Notes: a model not told the origin generated them from the sequence alone. Positions 1 through 13,383 are shown, counted from the whole stretch's first letter. The stretch: DNA of 63,126 nucleotides, filler included, from Octopus bimaculoides (GCF_001194135.2; 7 parts of 7 records of this genome joined end to end with filler, not necessarily neighbours in it); one strand, 5' to 3'. Numbers and translations: made by a program.

Positions 1-54
<54 letters not shown>

Positions 55-1856
55 AATAACTTCTTAGACTTGAGTTAAGTGTCTCGGTCAGTGAGTGCCA
101 CCAACCCAATTTCAATTCCCAGTTTTCAGCAGATCTATCCCCAACGTAACATTACGTATGTGAGATCCTACTGTATAAATAGCATTCTTTTCCCTATTTG
201 TGCCTCCCCATACCTCCTGTAGCGAAGACCTTGACCGGTTTCCTTCACATTAGCCTACTCTCAGGAAACTTTATTATCTATCAAAACGAAAGAATAGCAT
301 AGACTTCTATTTGTACTATTTAAGTGAACGCATGAGCTGGCTGCCGGGCTAGTAGCATGGCAGGCGGTCGGGTTGGAAGGCTGACAGTCTGACAGGCTGA
401 CAGGAAGATATCTACTTTCACTTTCATATACACTGTATAGAAGTTTTCGATCTTAGCAATAGATCCGAGGCTTCTACCGTACGTCCGCACACACGCAAGC
501 GCGCTTCGCCTCTCTTCGCCTCTCTTCGCCTCTCTTCGCCTCGCCTCGCCTCGCCTCGACTCTGTGTGCCTGTATGCACAACCATACACAGTGAAATCCT
601 TCCCTTCTCTCTCCCCTTCCACTCCACACACAAGGGACATACACAAGCGTTTTTATTGATTATACACATCTTACGTTAGTTTCAAGAGTTTACACGCTAG
701 ATATTGGTTCTGCGAGTCTGTGTGAGAGCGTGCGACTGTAAAAAGCGCATCCACGATTTAGAGAACCACATGCTGGTGGTGGTTTTTCAATTTATGTAAC
801 GAGAATCCATAAATGTAAGTGTAATTAATAGTAAATGCTATGTGCTGGGATTAGTGAAACGTGGGGCTTAGAGCTACAATTTCTAAGAAGGTTCTAAATG
901 CAAGTTATTTAGTATTTTTTAAAAAATTGGGATTGTTTTCAAACTGCCACGTGCTAATAGATTTTAGGGCTGGTTTGAGAAACAGGGCTAAATATACAAA
1001 GGAATAGAAGTCGCTATTATCAGTGACGTTTTCTTGGTGCCTAGAACGTATCCTAGAACAGTATTGAATTTGATAAGTGCAGAGAGGGAGTCGCGAGTTC
1101 GATGACCCCCTCCCCCTCCCCCGCCACCGCCACACCACCATCGTTATATTGCTTAGTTTTCAAAACCCTTTGTGTTTATTGATGGTGCAGCTGCACTGGG
1201 ATGATGAGACGTGGGCTGATGAGACGTGGGATGATGAGATGGGGGATGGGGAACTGCCTGACCTCGGAGACTCATTGGTGAAGCCAGTCTGTTGAGAGGT
1301 ATCTTTCCCTCAAGGAGCGTGACGGACCAGCAGCAGAATTCGAATCGTTAGGTGGAAAAAATTCATCATTCCTGATTCCCTCTCAAATAGTCCACAGTTG
1401 ACATCATCATCATCATCACCATCATCCTCATCATCATCGTCATCGTCAACGTCATGATCATGATCATGATCATGATCATCATCATCATCATCATCATCAG
1501 TAGTAACTATATTTTCTAACTTATGTAATTTTTCTGTGAATCAATATGAAACCGATTCGTCAAACTCAAGGAGAAAGGAACGCTGGTTAAATACTAACAC
1601 TAGTAAGATTTGAACACGCATCATTCAGAGCTAAACCTACTGCTTGCCATTTGACCTGTCACGCTATCGCATCTGCCATTCCAACACACAACATTAGCAC
1701 GTGTTGGTCACATAAATCTTCCTTACTTCTTTCAATCACAAGCTTATCGTCTCTTCTTCCAGCCTCAACCTTCAATTACACAGTGCACCTTGACACTTTT
1801 ATTGTGCACTTAGAAATCATTGTATTTCACTTGCACATATGTTGAGCACACACACA

Positions 1857-1896
<40 letters not shown>

Positions 1897-2142
1897 TGCA
1901 CACAAAACCATGCAACAGAATCTGCTTAATCCCATCAAATATACAGGTTATCGGGGACAATTCAATTTGTGACTGTTACTTAATCTCAAGAAGCAGTAAT
2001 AAATGCATATTTTGCATTTGTTTATATATACACTAACATGTATGCATGTAGGCACACGTTTATGTGTGCGCATGCATTTATATAGTGCATATGTATACAT
2101 GTATACATGCATTCATATATGCACATGTGTATATACTATGTG

Positions 2143-2194
<52 letters not shown>

Positions 2195-3302
2195 CTATCC
2201 ATGTATCTCTCTCCCTCTCTCTCCCNNNNNNNNNNNNNNNNNNNNNNNNNNNNNNNNNNNNNNNNNNNNNNNNNNNNNNNNNNNNNNNNNNNNNNNNNNN
2301 NNNNNNNNNNNNNNNNNNNNNNNNNNNNNNNNNNNNNNNNNNNNNNNNNNNNNNNNNNNNNNNNNNNNNNNNNNNNNNNNNNNNNNNNNNNNNNNNNNNN
2401 NNNNNNNNNNNNNNNNNNNNNNNNNNNNNNNNNNNNNNNNNNNATATATATATATATACATTTATACACATATATATAAATCTACCTATGTATGTATGTG
2501 TGTGTGCAAGTATTTATGCAGTACTCCTTATGCATGTATACACGCATGTGTGTGTGTGTAGGTATGCATGCATTCTGTCATACATACATGAATACACACA
2601 CTCACACGGATACACATGCACACACGCACGGTTGTAAGTATGCTTATGTGATATGTGGTTATACACACATCTATGTATGTGTCTCTAAGTAACGTGCTTT
2701 TTATAATATTTAAATCGATGTTGTTTGTTTTGCTTGAAGGAAAGGTGAAATAAAACAAATACACAAGTAAAAACAAAGAATATGAATAGATGCAATCAAT
2801 CAAAAAAAAAAAAGAAAGCAAAAACTATAAATATATATAAAAATCAATAAACAAATAGTATAAATATGTGCAAAAAATCAATAACCAAAATGTATTCTTC
2901 GAAGTAAAACAATAGAATCCTAGGAAACTACTGATGTTCTGTGTTTTGTGCTGGTAAAATATAGGCCTAAAACATATTTCACTGTTTGATTTATTCCAAG
3001 ATCTCTAATGTCACTTTTTAAAAAAATGATTTCTAATGAGTATTCAACTGAAGTTTAGCGTTCATTCTGTGGAGCTGGTTCACTTAGAATATATAGGTCA
3101 TCGAGGCTCATTCCCCTACATAACACATAACCCTAGTGTAACTATGCCTTTATCGTCCATACTGTGTGATTGGCTTATTTAGGGATGAAATATATTAGAG
3201 ACAGTCTGCTGCTTACATTTCTAAAAATAACTCAAGTTTAACCCAGCTTTAATCCTTCTTATTGGGGCTCACTTGAGGTTTAAATATTATTGTTTTCTTT
3301 AA

Positions 3303-3510
3303 GGCAACGAGCTGGAAGAGTCGTTGTTAGCAAGCTGGGTAAAGTACTTAGCGACATTTCGTCCGTCTTTCTGAGTTCAAATGTCGTCGAGGTCGACTTT
3401 GCCTTTCATTCTTCCGAGGTCGATAAAAAAAATACCAGTTGAACACTGAGGACGATGTAATCGATTTAACCATCCCCTGAAATTTCTGGCCTGGTGCCAA
3501 AATTTGAGAT
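3303..3510 (+). mobile_element. SINE family 1 copy
   Basis: Same unit as 22934-23796. Further single copies at about 5424-5627 (+), 6103-6225 (-), 34390-34560 (-) and 41393-41565 (-), plus a very decayed one at 1600-1680 (-). Confidence 0.85.
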
Positions 3511-3724
3511 CATCATTGGTGTTTTCTGCTCCCTCTACTGTAAACCTTAGATCAAACTTGCCTGTATCCTTTTTAATGGGGCTCAGTTATGAACGTTCCT
3601 TGCCCATTTCCCCGAAAATCCAACGTCAAATATGGCGTCCATTGAAAGTTAAAAGATTTTCGAGGTTGCTTATCCTATATACTAAAAATCGAATACAGCC
3701 ACAACGGTCTTTACTTAAGTTTAG

Positions 3725-3807
3725 GAGAAACTGGAATGATCAAGAAAGGAACTGTAAATTATTTAAGAATGATCCTTGGCTTACCATCCACGCAGGAAGT
3801 GTTTAAG
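3725..3807 (+). CDS. Candidate penultimate exon of an unidentified gene
   Basis: TTTAG| acceptor; open frame (G/R)ETGMIKKGTVNYLRMILGLPSTQEVFK; weak AAG|GTTTAA donor; phase-compatible with the exon at 3954 across a 146-bp intron. Confidence 0.5.
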
Positions 3808-3953
3808 GTTTAAATCTGCATCTCGACTAACCGAACGAGACCAGTGAATAACTGATCTGATCATGTTTTTATGAGTTTTATAAAGTTGGTTCTCTTGAGC
3901 TATTTTAGTGTCATTTCACGATGATTCAGACGCTGTAAAATCTCGTTTTTCAG

Positions 3954-4151
3954 CTTGATTGTCAGAGAGTAATAGTAACAAACTTAATTAACTCCAACAA
4001 ATATGCTTTGACTCTGGAACAGAAGTTGCAGAGAGTGCAAGCGCACCGAATAAAACTCTTTGGGGAGGAGCAAGGAAAACGCTCTGAACCTCTTGAAAAA
4101 ACTTTCATTGCCCAAACCAACAAGCGGAGAAACAGTTTTGAACTTGTTTGA
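3954..4151 (+). CDS. Candidate terminal exon of an unidentified gene
   Basis: Strong acceptor TCTCGTTTTTCAG|; 66 codons LDCQRVIVTNLINSNKYALTLEQKLQRVQAHRIKLFGEEQGKRSEPLEKTFIAQTNKRRNSFELV*; non-repetitive, protein-like composition. Confidence 0.55.
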   Translation, partial: LDCQRVIVTNLINSNKYALTLEQKLQRVQAHRIKLFGEEQGKRSEPLEKTFIAQTNKRRNSFELV

Positions 4152-4264
4152 AGCATTACTTTTCCATTATTTGATTTGATTGATGATGATGATGATGAAG
4201 AAGATGATAATGATGATAATAGTAACAACAACAATAACAACAACAAAAATGATAATAATAATAA

Positions 4265-4826
4265 ATTAAATCCCACGATAAGTGTTACAGGCACCATCCA
4301 GAGGATGTAGTAAATGGCTAGAGCGTCATCATGCTTTGGAACTACCCAATGCAAACAGACAGAAAAATTGACTCCAATCGACCAGACATTGTGATCAAGG
4401 ATTACAAAAGAGGAACTTGTCTGTTAATATATATGTCTGTCCCATAAGATCAAAATGTCTCAAGAAAGGAATACGAAAATCTTTCTCACTGGAAAGATCT
4501 GCAAAGTGAAATCACGAAAATGTAGAAGCTTAGTACTACGATAACACCAGTAGTAATTGGTGTGTTGGGAATGCTAAAGAAGGGAGCTGAGAAGTATATT
4601 GAGCAACTCCCTGGTGACTCCAATCTCCGTGAGCTACAGAAGATAACCTTGATGGGTACAGCCCATAAACTACGGAGAGCACTCTCCATTTAAAATGGAA
4701 TGAATGTGGTGATAATTTTAGCATGCATAGCAAAACAAAAGTACCCTTGCTACTCTTGGCCTCCGGAGAATGCCCGGTACTAAGGCAGCTGAAATGAAGT
4801 TATAATGAAAAGAAACCATAAATAAC

Positions 4827-4880
<54 letters not shown>
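4265..4880 (+). mobile_element. 5'-truncated, decayed Dong/R4-clade non-LTR retrotransposon (restriction-like endonuclease C-terminus, 3' UTR, (TAA)n tail)
   Basis: Reads ...MLWNYPMQTDRKIDSNRPDIVIKD...LIYMSVP*DQNVSRKEYENL..WKDLQSEITKM*KL...PVVIGVLGMLKKG...LQKITLMGTAHKLRRALSI* (ends 4693), the PD..D..K RLE signature with in-frame stops. Followed by a long (AAT)n tract. Confidence 0.85.
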
Positions 4881-4887
<7 letters not shown>

Positions 4888-5080
4888 CACCAAGACTTAC
4901 GAATGTATATAACATACAGAAAATAACGCTACTAGGCACCGTTCACATCCTACGTCAATCACTTTCAATGCGGTGAAAATAACAGCACCACAACAAGCCA
5001 CAACACATACCCAAGGCATTCAGAGCTGCGCGTGATAAAAATAAGACTACTGAATAACAACAACAACAATAATGATGATA

Positions 5081-5133
<53 letters not shown>

Positions 5134-6502
5134 AATACTATTATTATGTCAGTTTTGATTTTTTAATACCGACACATTATCCAATGTAGATATTGACCAA
5201 CTCTATTATGCCTTGATTTGTAGTCTACAGGTGCAAAACCTTACACAGAGAAATTATGCTGGTACGTACTTGGAACAAAATCAGATACGTCAACATTTTT
5301 TAAGAATGAAAATTATTTTAATACTCTTCAAAGTTCCTAATTAAGAACAAAGTAGCGGGCATGCAATACTCTCCAAAACTGCAAGAGACGTGATCCTCGC
5401 ACCAATATCAGACTTTGATGTAAGCTAGCGAAATTGTGAGCATGCAGAGCAAAATGCTTAGCGGTATTTCAGCTATTTTAACGTTCTGAATTCAGATTCC
5501 TCCGAGGTCGGCTTTACCTTTCATGTTTTCGGTGTCGGCAAATTAAGTACCAGTTACGCACTGGGGTCGATGTAATCGACTTACCCTCTCGTCCGAAATT
5601 GCTACCCTTGTGCCAAAATTTGAAATCGTTGTTACATGTTCTTCATTAATTCAAACCTACATTAGATTATTTAAAAATGGTGTCGTCAGTATTTATCTAG
5701 AGTTTGAGTTAGACACAGTATGGTTAACTAAATGTCCACTGGACCTCAAGACCTGAAATTGAGAAAAATTGATTGATACAGATGTGTCACCCATTTCGCT
5801 AAAGCTCAGACATCAATCATTCTCAATCATGCTTATATCATCCACAACATACCAGGCTTCTGATGTCCTGTGTTGACCATGCATCTAAACATATATTCAC
5901 AGGCCTACACGAGACTTTTTGAGTAATACTTGCAGTTTTCCAAGCGTGTGAGTCTCTCTCCTGCACATTATTTATCTAGAGGAATGTTCGCCCGGCTTGG
6001 ACTGGTACAGTTTAGCACTAATGTTCTAGCAGACGTTCTCTTTCAAAAAGCAAAGACCTGGAACAGATACCGTGATGTATCACGCTAGAATCTCTGATAT
6101 TTTTTTATCAACCAGTAAAAAATGAGCGGCAAAGATTGACCTGGGCGGGATTTGAATTCAAAGAGCCAGGAGTCGAAACTCATACCGCGAAGTATTATAT
6201 CCAACACTCTGCGCAACTCACCGCCATGGAGTGGAATTTATATAGGAGAGTATATATATATATATATATATATATATATNNNNNNNNNNNNNNNNNNNNN
6301 NNNNNNNNNNNNNNNNNNNNNNNNNNNNNNNNNNNNNNNNNNNNNNNNNNNNNNNNNNNNNNNNNNNNNNNNNNNNNNNNNNNNNNNNNNNNNNNNNNNN
6401 NNNNNNNNNNNNNNNNNNNNNNNNNNNNNNNNNNNNNNNNNNNNNNNNNNNNNNNNNNNNNNNNNNNNNNNNNNNNNNNNNNNNNNNNNNNNNNNNNNNN
6501 NN

Positions 6503-6533
<31 letters not shown>

Positions 6534-7383
6534 GTGTGTGTCTGTGAGTATGTATGTATGTATGGAGGCGTAATGGAACAGTGGTTAGGGCTGTGTGTAT
6601 ATGTATGTGTATGTATGTATGTATGTATGTATGTATGTATGTCGGCTATTTCTTAAAACTCCAGGAATCAATTTTGCATTTATCTTTCATACTATGGAGT
6701 TTATGCAGAACTTAAATACTCTACTAGAAACCTGCTCATTCTTCTAAAAACTATGTCCAATCCCAGCCTTTATTGTCTACACATACCAGGGGGGTCCACT
6801 TAGAGTTTAAAGATAATAGAATCTCCCGAAAATATCCGTTTAACCGTGCCTTACATTAATCTACTTCAATGGTGACCATTAAGATAAGTTTGAATGTACT
6901 TTTCGGATATCGGAACTGTAAACCTCTTACCAGATATCGATGTGTCCCTTTTATCTACTCGTTACTTTTGTATGTTTATTTTATCGATATCTTTCGAATA
7001 AGTACAATTCAAGTAGTATAAGCGAAAGAGGTAGATACGAATACGATGAAATCGAATATTTTCATCTTATGCATGTCTTCATCCAAACTGAAAAAACAAC
7101 TGTTTCTGGTTCGTTAGTAATTAAACGGATTAGCAGTAAATCATGATTGTAAACGTATGTACTTATGTATGTATGTATGTATATACGTATGTATGTATGT
7201 ATGTATGTATGTATGTATGTATGTATGTATGTATGTATGTATGTGTGCGTGTGTGCGTCCGTATGTATGTTTGTATATATATATATATACAAACATGTGT
7301 GTGCGCCTGTATGTATGTGTGTTTGTATACACACACATACACATATGTATATAGATGCATGCATGTAAGTAAATAGGTATGTT

Positions 7384-7429
<46 letters not shown>

Positions 7430-7684
7430 AAAGTTTTTGTGGTACATTGTGTTTATTTTGTTTCAAACAATTCGTTAATGTCAAATTCTGCTTATTTAAA
7501 TGTTTATATATATNNNNNNNNNNNNNNNNNNNNNNNNNNNNNNNNNNNNNNNNNNNNNNNNNNNNNNNNNNNNNNNNNNNNNNNNNNNNNNNNNNNNNNN
7601 NNNNNNNNNNNNNNNNNNNNNNNNNNNNNNNNNNNNNNNNNNNNNNNNNNNNNNNTATTATACATATGTATATACATATATATA

Positions 7685-7726
<42 letters not shown>

Positions 7727-8023
7727 GACATTCGCTCATATACATACATAACCGCTCCCTCACAATCGCACAGACAGACAGACGGACGGACACGCGCGCG
7801 CACACACACACAACACACAGACGGATTCGTCTGTGACATTTTGTGTGTCAAACAACATTCTTCGATGTTGACATTTAAAAACAGGTTCACTACTCATTAT
7901 TCATTCTATATTTATATTACTCCTTATCAAAACTATTATGTGTATGTACTTGTGTGTATGTGTGCGTGCGTGTGTGTGTGTGTGTGTACAATAAAAGTTA
8001 CAGTAGCAATAACAACAACAAAT

Positions 8024-8059
<36 letters not shown>

Positions 8060-8602
8060 ACCGCAATAGCTATGACGGCACCCATGACAATATTGACGAC
8101 GTTCGGTGTCGCCTCAAACTGCTTTTAGTTAAATTGTGGTGATTGTTGAATAAATGTCAATATATGATTGGCTGTTTATTTTTAACCCTAGGTCATGTTG
8201 AGATGGTTGCCAAGACAGTAATAGATACATTCATTCATAGACAAACAGACAAATAGATAGATAGATAGTTAGTTAGATATCTTTTTATTATGGTCACACA
8301 GGGCTAAATACAATGTAGAGCTTTTCTTTTTGGGGGAAAAAAAAGGGAAGGGGATAGAATTTCGACTAACAGGGGTCGTGAAAAAAAAACATGGGGAAAG
8401 CCGATCAATAGAGATCGTGTATCATAGTCAATGTAAAAGGGGGCAACAGATTAGGTTTATCCGTGGAGAGAAAAGCCTACGGAAAAGACCACGGTCACCT
8501 CAGGCAGTTTTTTTAAAAAGGTACATGAATGTAAGTACCTTTTCTCTCTTTGTCTCTTTTTCTTACATGTTTATGCTTAGTTAGTTAGTTAGATAGACAG
8601 AC

Positions 8603-8635
<33 letters not shown>

Positions 8636-9534
8636 CAAGCATACGTACATAATACATACACACACACACACAGACACAGACAGACACACACACACACAGA
8701 CACAGACAGACACGCGCGCGCGCGCGCGCGTATATGTTTATATTTATATATGGGCTTGTTCGATCATTGATGACTTGGGGCTAAATTACGTCATCAACCG
8801 CAATAGCAATTCAGACGATAACGGTAAGAAGAACAACAACTACGATATCAAAAGTTCGTAGTCCGAAAAAGACTGTTCTGCAGTTTCTTGTTGAACAACC
8901 TATACAAACGACTTGTTTATGGCGAGCAAACGCCTTTGCTGTGCATTGAGTTCCCTCCCGCCATCGAATCGACGTTGCCTGAACAGGCGCACGGCGCACC
9001 ACACGTCAGGTGTAGATGGTGATTGCATCCACCACGCACCATCCGGTTCAAGAATTGAAACACGATTTCGCGGTCTTGAGTGCAACACTCCATCTACTAG
9101 GCCATGCGCTCTCATACAATTGTAGCAAAACAGCAACAGCAACAACAACAACAACAACAACAACAATGATAACAGCTTGAGTTAGATTAACAATAGTTGC
9201 TGTCACACTCAAAACATTTGTAGAAAAATAAACACATTCTATGATATAGCCAGGATTATAAATTTTGTTTAAAGATAGACGGGATGGTCACGACCAGAAT
9301 GCTTTTTGTTTATCATAGTTCTGATTGACTAGGGTTGAGATAGCCTGGGTTTAAACAATAACAACAAGAATAAAAATATACGCACATATTCACATGTATC
9401 AGACACTCGTTGAGAAACAGAGAGGAAAAGAAAGAAAATACGCATGTCTGTTTGTATGTATGCACAAGTGGAGCTTCCAAGGTTCAATGTTTAGCTCCGT
9501 GAAACAGGTGTAAGAAAAACTTGCCCATCAACAC

Positions 9535-9658
9535 CAGTGTTTCTCAGACATATTTTCAACCTGTGGACCCTTTTTGATTCCTATTTTACCCAGGTGGACC
9601 CTCATAACCATTCGATAATCCCACCCAGGGCCATATGGACGCCGGTTGAAAACCACTG
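9535..9658. mobile_element. Small hAT-type MITE remnant
   Basis: CAGTGTTTCTCA...TTTTCAACC at left and GGTTGAAAACCACTG at right. A similar lone right end GGTTGAGAACCAC lies at about 52764-52776. Confidence 0.55.
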
Positions 9659-9788
9659 TACTACACCCTCCTAGATCAGGACAACGACATTTTTAAGGTC
9701 CATTACTAAGGTTACTTTTTCCCTCTGTTCAGTTGATAATAATTTCCTTAAGGTTGATATCGTGGAGGTCTGGCGATATTCTAATAAC

Positions 9789-10158
9789 TAACAAGAGCAC
9801 TCAGAGACCGCAAATCTCTGCCAAGGCAACACCAACGTCCTCTAAACGATTAGCCGGAGATTATTTTTAAAATGAGAATATCTAAAATAAACTCAACTGC
9901 TCTCACAAACGAGAATACTAAAGATGAACCTGACCGCTCTCAATAATTAAGTAAAAAAAACACAGGAAAACTAATCCAGAATCCTTATCCGGTATCAGAT
10001 CGATCCCAGAATCTAATCAGTTCGTGCTAATCACGAGGCCAAACATCTCAGAAAGTTTCATTCGAATCCATCCAGCGGTTCTTGAGACATCTTGTCCGCA
10101 GACAAACAAACAAACGCAACTCAAGCAATATCTCCGCCTTCGCCAAGGTGAAGGTAAT
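9789..10158. mobile_element. Non-autonomous Helentron/HINE-like element
   Basis: Starts ACAAGAGCACTCAGAGACCGCAAATCTCTGCCAAGG, has subterminal (AAAC)n, and ends CTCCGCCTTCGCCAAGGTGAAGGTAAT (3' hairpin). Architecture resembles DINE-1/HINE-type elements. Confidence 0.65.
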
Positions 10159-10297
10159 AAAACGAAGTATGATAATCGAATCAATGGTGTGACTAAGTGC
10201 ACCTTACACTAGCTAGAACTATTTGGCAATCGTCCCTCAAATAACTCTCTTGTGTCTTAAAAAGTACGAAAATGCTACTTTTAAGTAGTTGGGAGAT

Positions 10298-10685
10298 TGT
10301 TGTCGTTGGCACTCCGTCGCTTACGACGTCGAGGGTTCCAGTTGATCCAATCAACGGAACAGCCTGCACGTGAAATTAACGTGCAAGTGGCAAAGCACTC
10401 CACAGACACGTGTACCCTTAACGTAGTTCTCGGGGATATTCAGCGTGGCGTAGTGTGACAAGGCTGACCCTTTGAATTACAGGCACAACAGAAACAGGAA
10501 GTAAGAGTGAGAGAAAGTTGTGGTGAAAGAGTACGGCAGGGTTCGCCACCATCCCCTGCCGGAGCCACGTGGAACTTTAGGTGCTTTCGCTCAATAAACA
10601 CTCACAACGCCCGGTCTGGGAATCGAAACCGCGATCCTATGACCGCGAGTCCGCTGCCCTAACCACTGGGCCAGTGCACCTCCAC
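10298..10685 (-). mobile_element. Full-length tRNA-derived SINE (family 2) with 11-bp TSD
   Basis: Reverse complement of the 24935-25306 copy; tRNA-like head with A/B boxes; AGTTGGGAGAT direct repeats at 10287-10297 and 10686-10696. Confidence 0.9.
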
Positions 10686-10905
10686 AGTTGGGAGATAATG
10701 TAGTCTTAAAGAAAGTACTTAATTACAGTTAAAGAGAGCAAAAAGAAGAAAAAAAAACAGAGATGAAATTTTGTTAAGGTTACTACAATGTCTTTGATCA
10801 GGCATTTGCTGGATCGTGGCTGACCAGGGGATAAGCATCAGCAGCAGTAACAACAGCACAACACTAACTGGGGTAATATGCAATATGTGTGCATGTGTGT
10901 TTATG

Positions 10906-10953
<48 letters not shown>

Positions 10954-11461
10954 CGTATAAATATGTAAATATATACATATACATACATAAAGATTAATAA
11001 TAAATGGAACAAAAAGCATATAATCAATAAATTTTGCTCCATTTATTATTATTCTTTATATCAACTCAAAACACATAACTTTAACATGGAATCGCTACCC
11101 CCCCAACCGGGTATAATATCCCAGTTTTTGTGTGATTTTTGCTATCCTGGTAACTATTAACATATTTGCATTATCGAAGATTTTCAACTAAGATAATATT
11201 AATATATACATAAATAGACATATACATATATACAAATATTCACACACACATACACACATATGTATATATATATATATATATAAGCATAAGATTGACAGTG
11301 TTTATAAACACGCCTCTCACAGCAGGACCCACGTTCGGTTATATCTCACGGATACAAACAAAGGCTCAACAAAACATAGTTATGTAGGTACATATGTATA
11401 AAAGCACATACACCAGCACACCACACACTCACAATGACATAGGTAAGTACTCACGCACATC

Positions 11462-11538
<77 letters not shown>

Positions 11539-11915
11539 AGTCTGTCTATATGTATAGTTATATAGCTACACTAAGAGGTGTAACTATTATGACATAGAAA
11601 CTTCTTAATCACACAAGCATGCCCAGAAGCCCTATAATAATTAGTCACTAATTAATGTGTAGCATGCGATGGAACATAAAATTCATATTCACACAGGAGA
11701 TTACTTACGCATAGGGCCACACACACATACACACACGCACACACAAAAACACATACACACACGCATCAACGAATGCATACATGTGTGGATCTATACATTA
11801 TGTATAATATATATATCTATCTATATACATTTATACACATACACTAATACCGAAGTCTATCTATCTATCTATCTATTATCTTCATATGTATGTACGTATG
11901 TATATATTCATATGT

Positions 11916-11948
<33 letters not shown>

Positions 11949-12553
11949 NNNNNNNNNNNNNNNNNNNNNNNNNNNNNNNNNNNNNNNNNNNNNNNNNNNN
12001 NNNNNNNNNNNNNNNNNNNNNNNNNNNNNNNNNNNNNNNNNNNNNNNNNNNNNNNNNNNNNNNNNNNNNNNNNNNNNNNNNNNNNNNNNNNNNNNNNNNN
12101 NNNNNNNNNNNNNNNNNNNNNNNNNNNNNNNNNNNNNNNNNNNNNNNNNNNNNNNNNNNNNNNNNNNNNNNNNNNNNNNNNNNNNNNNNNNNNNNNNNNN
12201 NNNNNNNNNNNNNNNNNNNNNNNNNNNNNNNNNNNNNNNNNNNNNNNNNNNNNNNNNNNNNNNNNNNNNNNNNNNNNNNNNNNNNNNNNNNNNNNNNNNN
12301 NNNNNNNNNNNNNNNNNNNNNNNNNNNNNNNNNNNNNNNNNNNNNNNNNNNNNNNNNNNNNNNNNNNNNNNNNNNNNNNNNNNNNNNNNNNNNNNNNNNN
12401 NNNNNNNNNNNNNNNNNNNNNNNNNNNNNNNNNNNNNNNNNNNNNNNNNNNNNNNNNNNNNNNTCTACTATAGCCTCGAGTCAACCAAAGCCTTGTGAGT
12501 GGATTTGGTAGACGAAAACTGAAAGAAGCCCGTCGTATATATATATAGTATAG

Positions 12554-12606
<53 letters not shown>

Positions 12607-13383
12607 TCACCCCAACATCGCTTGACAACCGATGGTGCTGTATTTACGTCCCCGTAAACTAGCAGTTCGGCTAAAGAGCCCGATACAATAGGTACTAGGC
12701 ATCCAAAGAATAAGTCCTGGAGTCGATTTGCTCGACTAAAAGGCGGTGCTCCAGCATGGCCGCAGTCAAATGACTGAAACAAGTAAAAGAGTATATATAT
12801 ATATTTCATTTTCATTTTATTTCTTTTTCATTTTATCCAGTTTCAGCTCATGAGCTGTGGCCATGCTGGGGCACCGCCATTTAGATATATATGTAAGATT
12901 TCATATACACTCATGCTGCATATGTGCATTCATGATTCCACCTGTAACCGATTGGGTCGTAAATCAAAGTTGTTGTTGTAATTATTATTGTTATGGTTGA
13001 TGTTGATGCTACTGTCATTTAATCCCAGGTTAATACTGCGTCAGGTTACTCATCATCTATCAAGCCATTGGTGATGGTCTTATTATTTTTAATACGATTA
13101 TTATTATATGTCTTTTTTTCTTCTTTTGTATATCGGGTATCAAAACAAGAATATCTAGTTTAACCTGTATATACATATTTCTTGAAGACAAGACGTAATT
13201 ATTTGAGGCAAATTTGGCTGCTATATTTTCTATCAACAGTACATCTAAGAACTTTGGTATTTCCTGAACAACCTGTGGATTTCTAACATACTTTGGCTCA
13301 TAACATACACATACATACATACACGCGCACTTGTCTGCTGATGCAAACATTTATACACATTTTCATGTGTTTATGTACGTGTA

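Noticed and set aside
3962-4689. Minus-strand ORFs at 3962-4354 and 4486-4689
   Set aside because: They are antisense to the plus-strand exon candidate and the Dong/R4 fossil.
5846-5947. Micro-exon candidates (minus 5846-5877, plus 5903-5947)
   Set aside because: Splice-like dinucleotides only; the peptides are unrecognised and do not match the expected NOS1AP exon 2.
8960-9020. PEQAHGAPHVRCRW as a Helitron Rep HUH motif
   Set aside because: Resemblance to EFQxRGxPHxH is partial and no other Rep motifs flank it.
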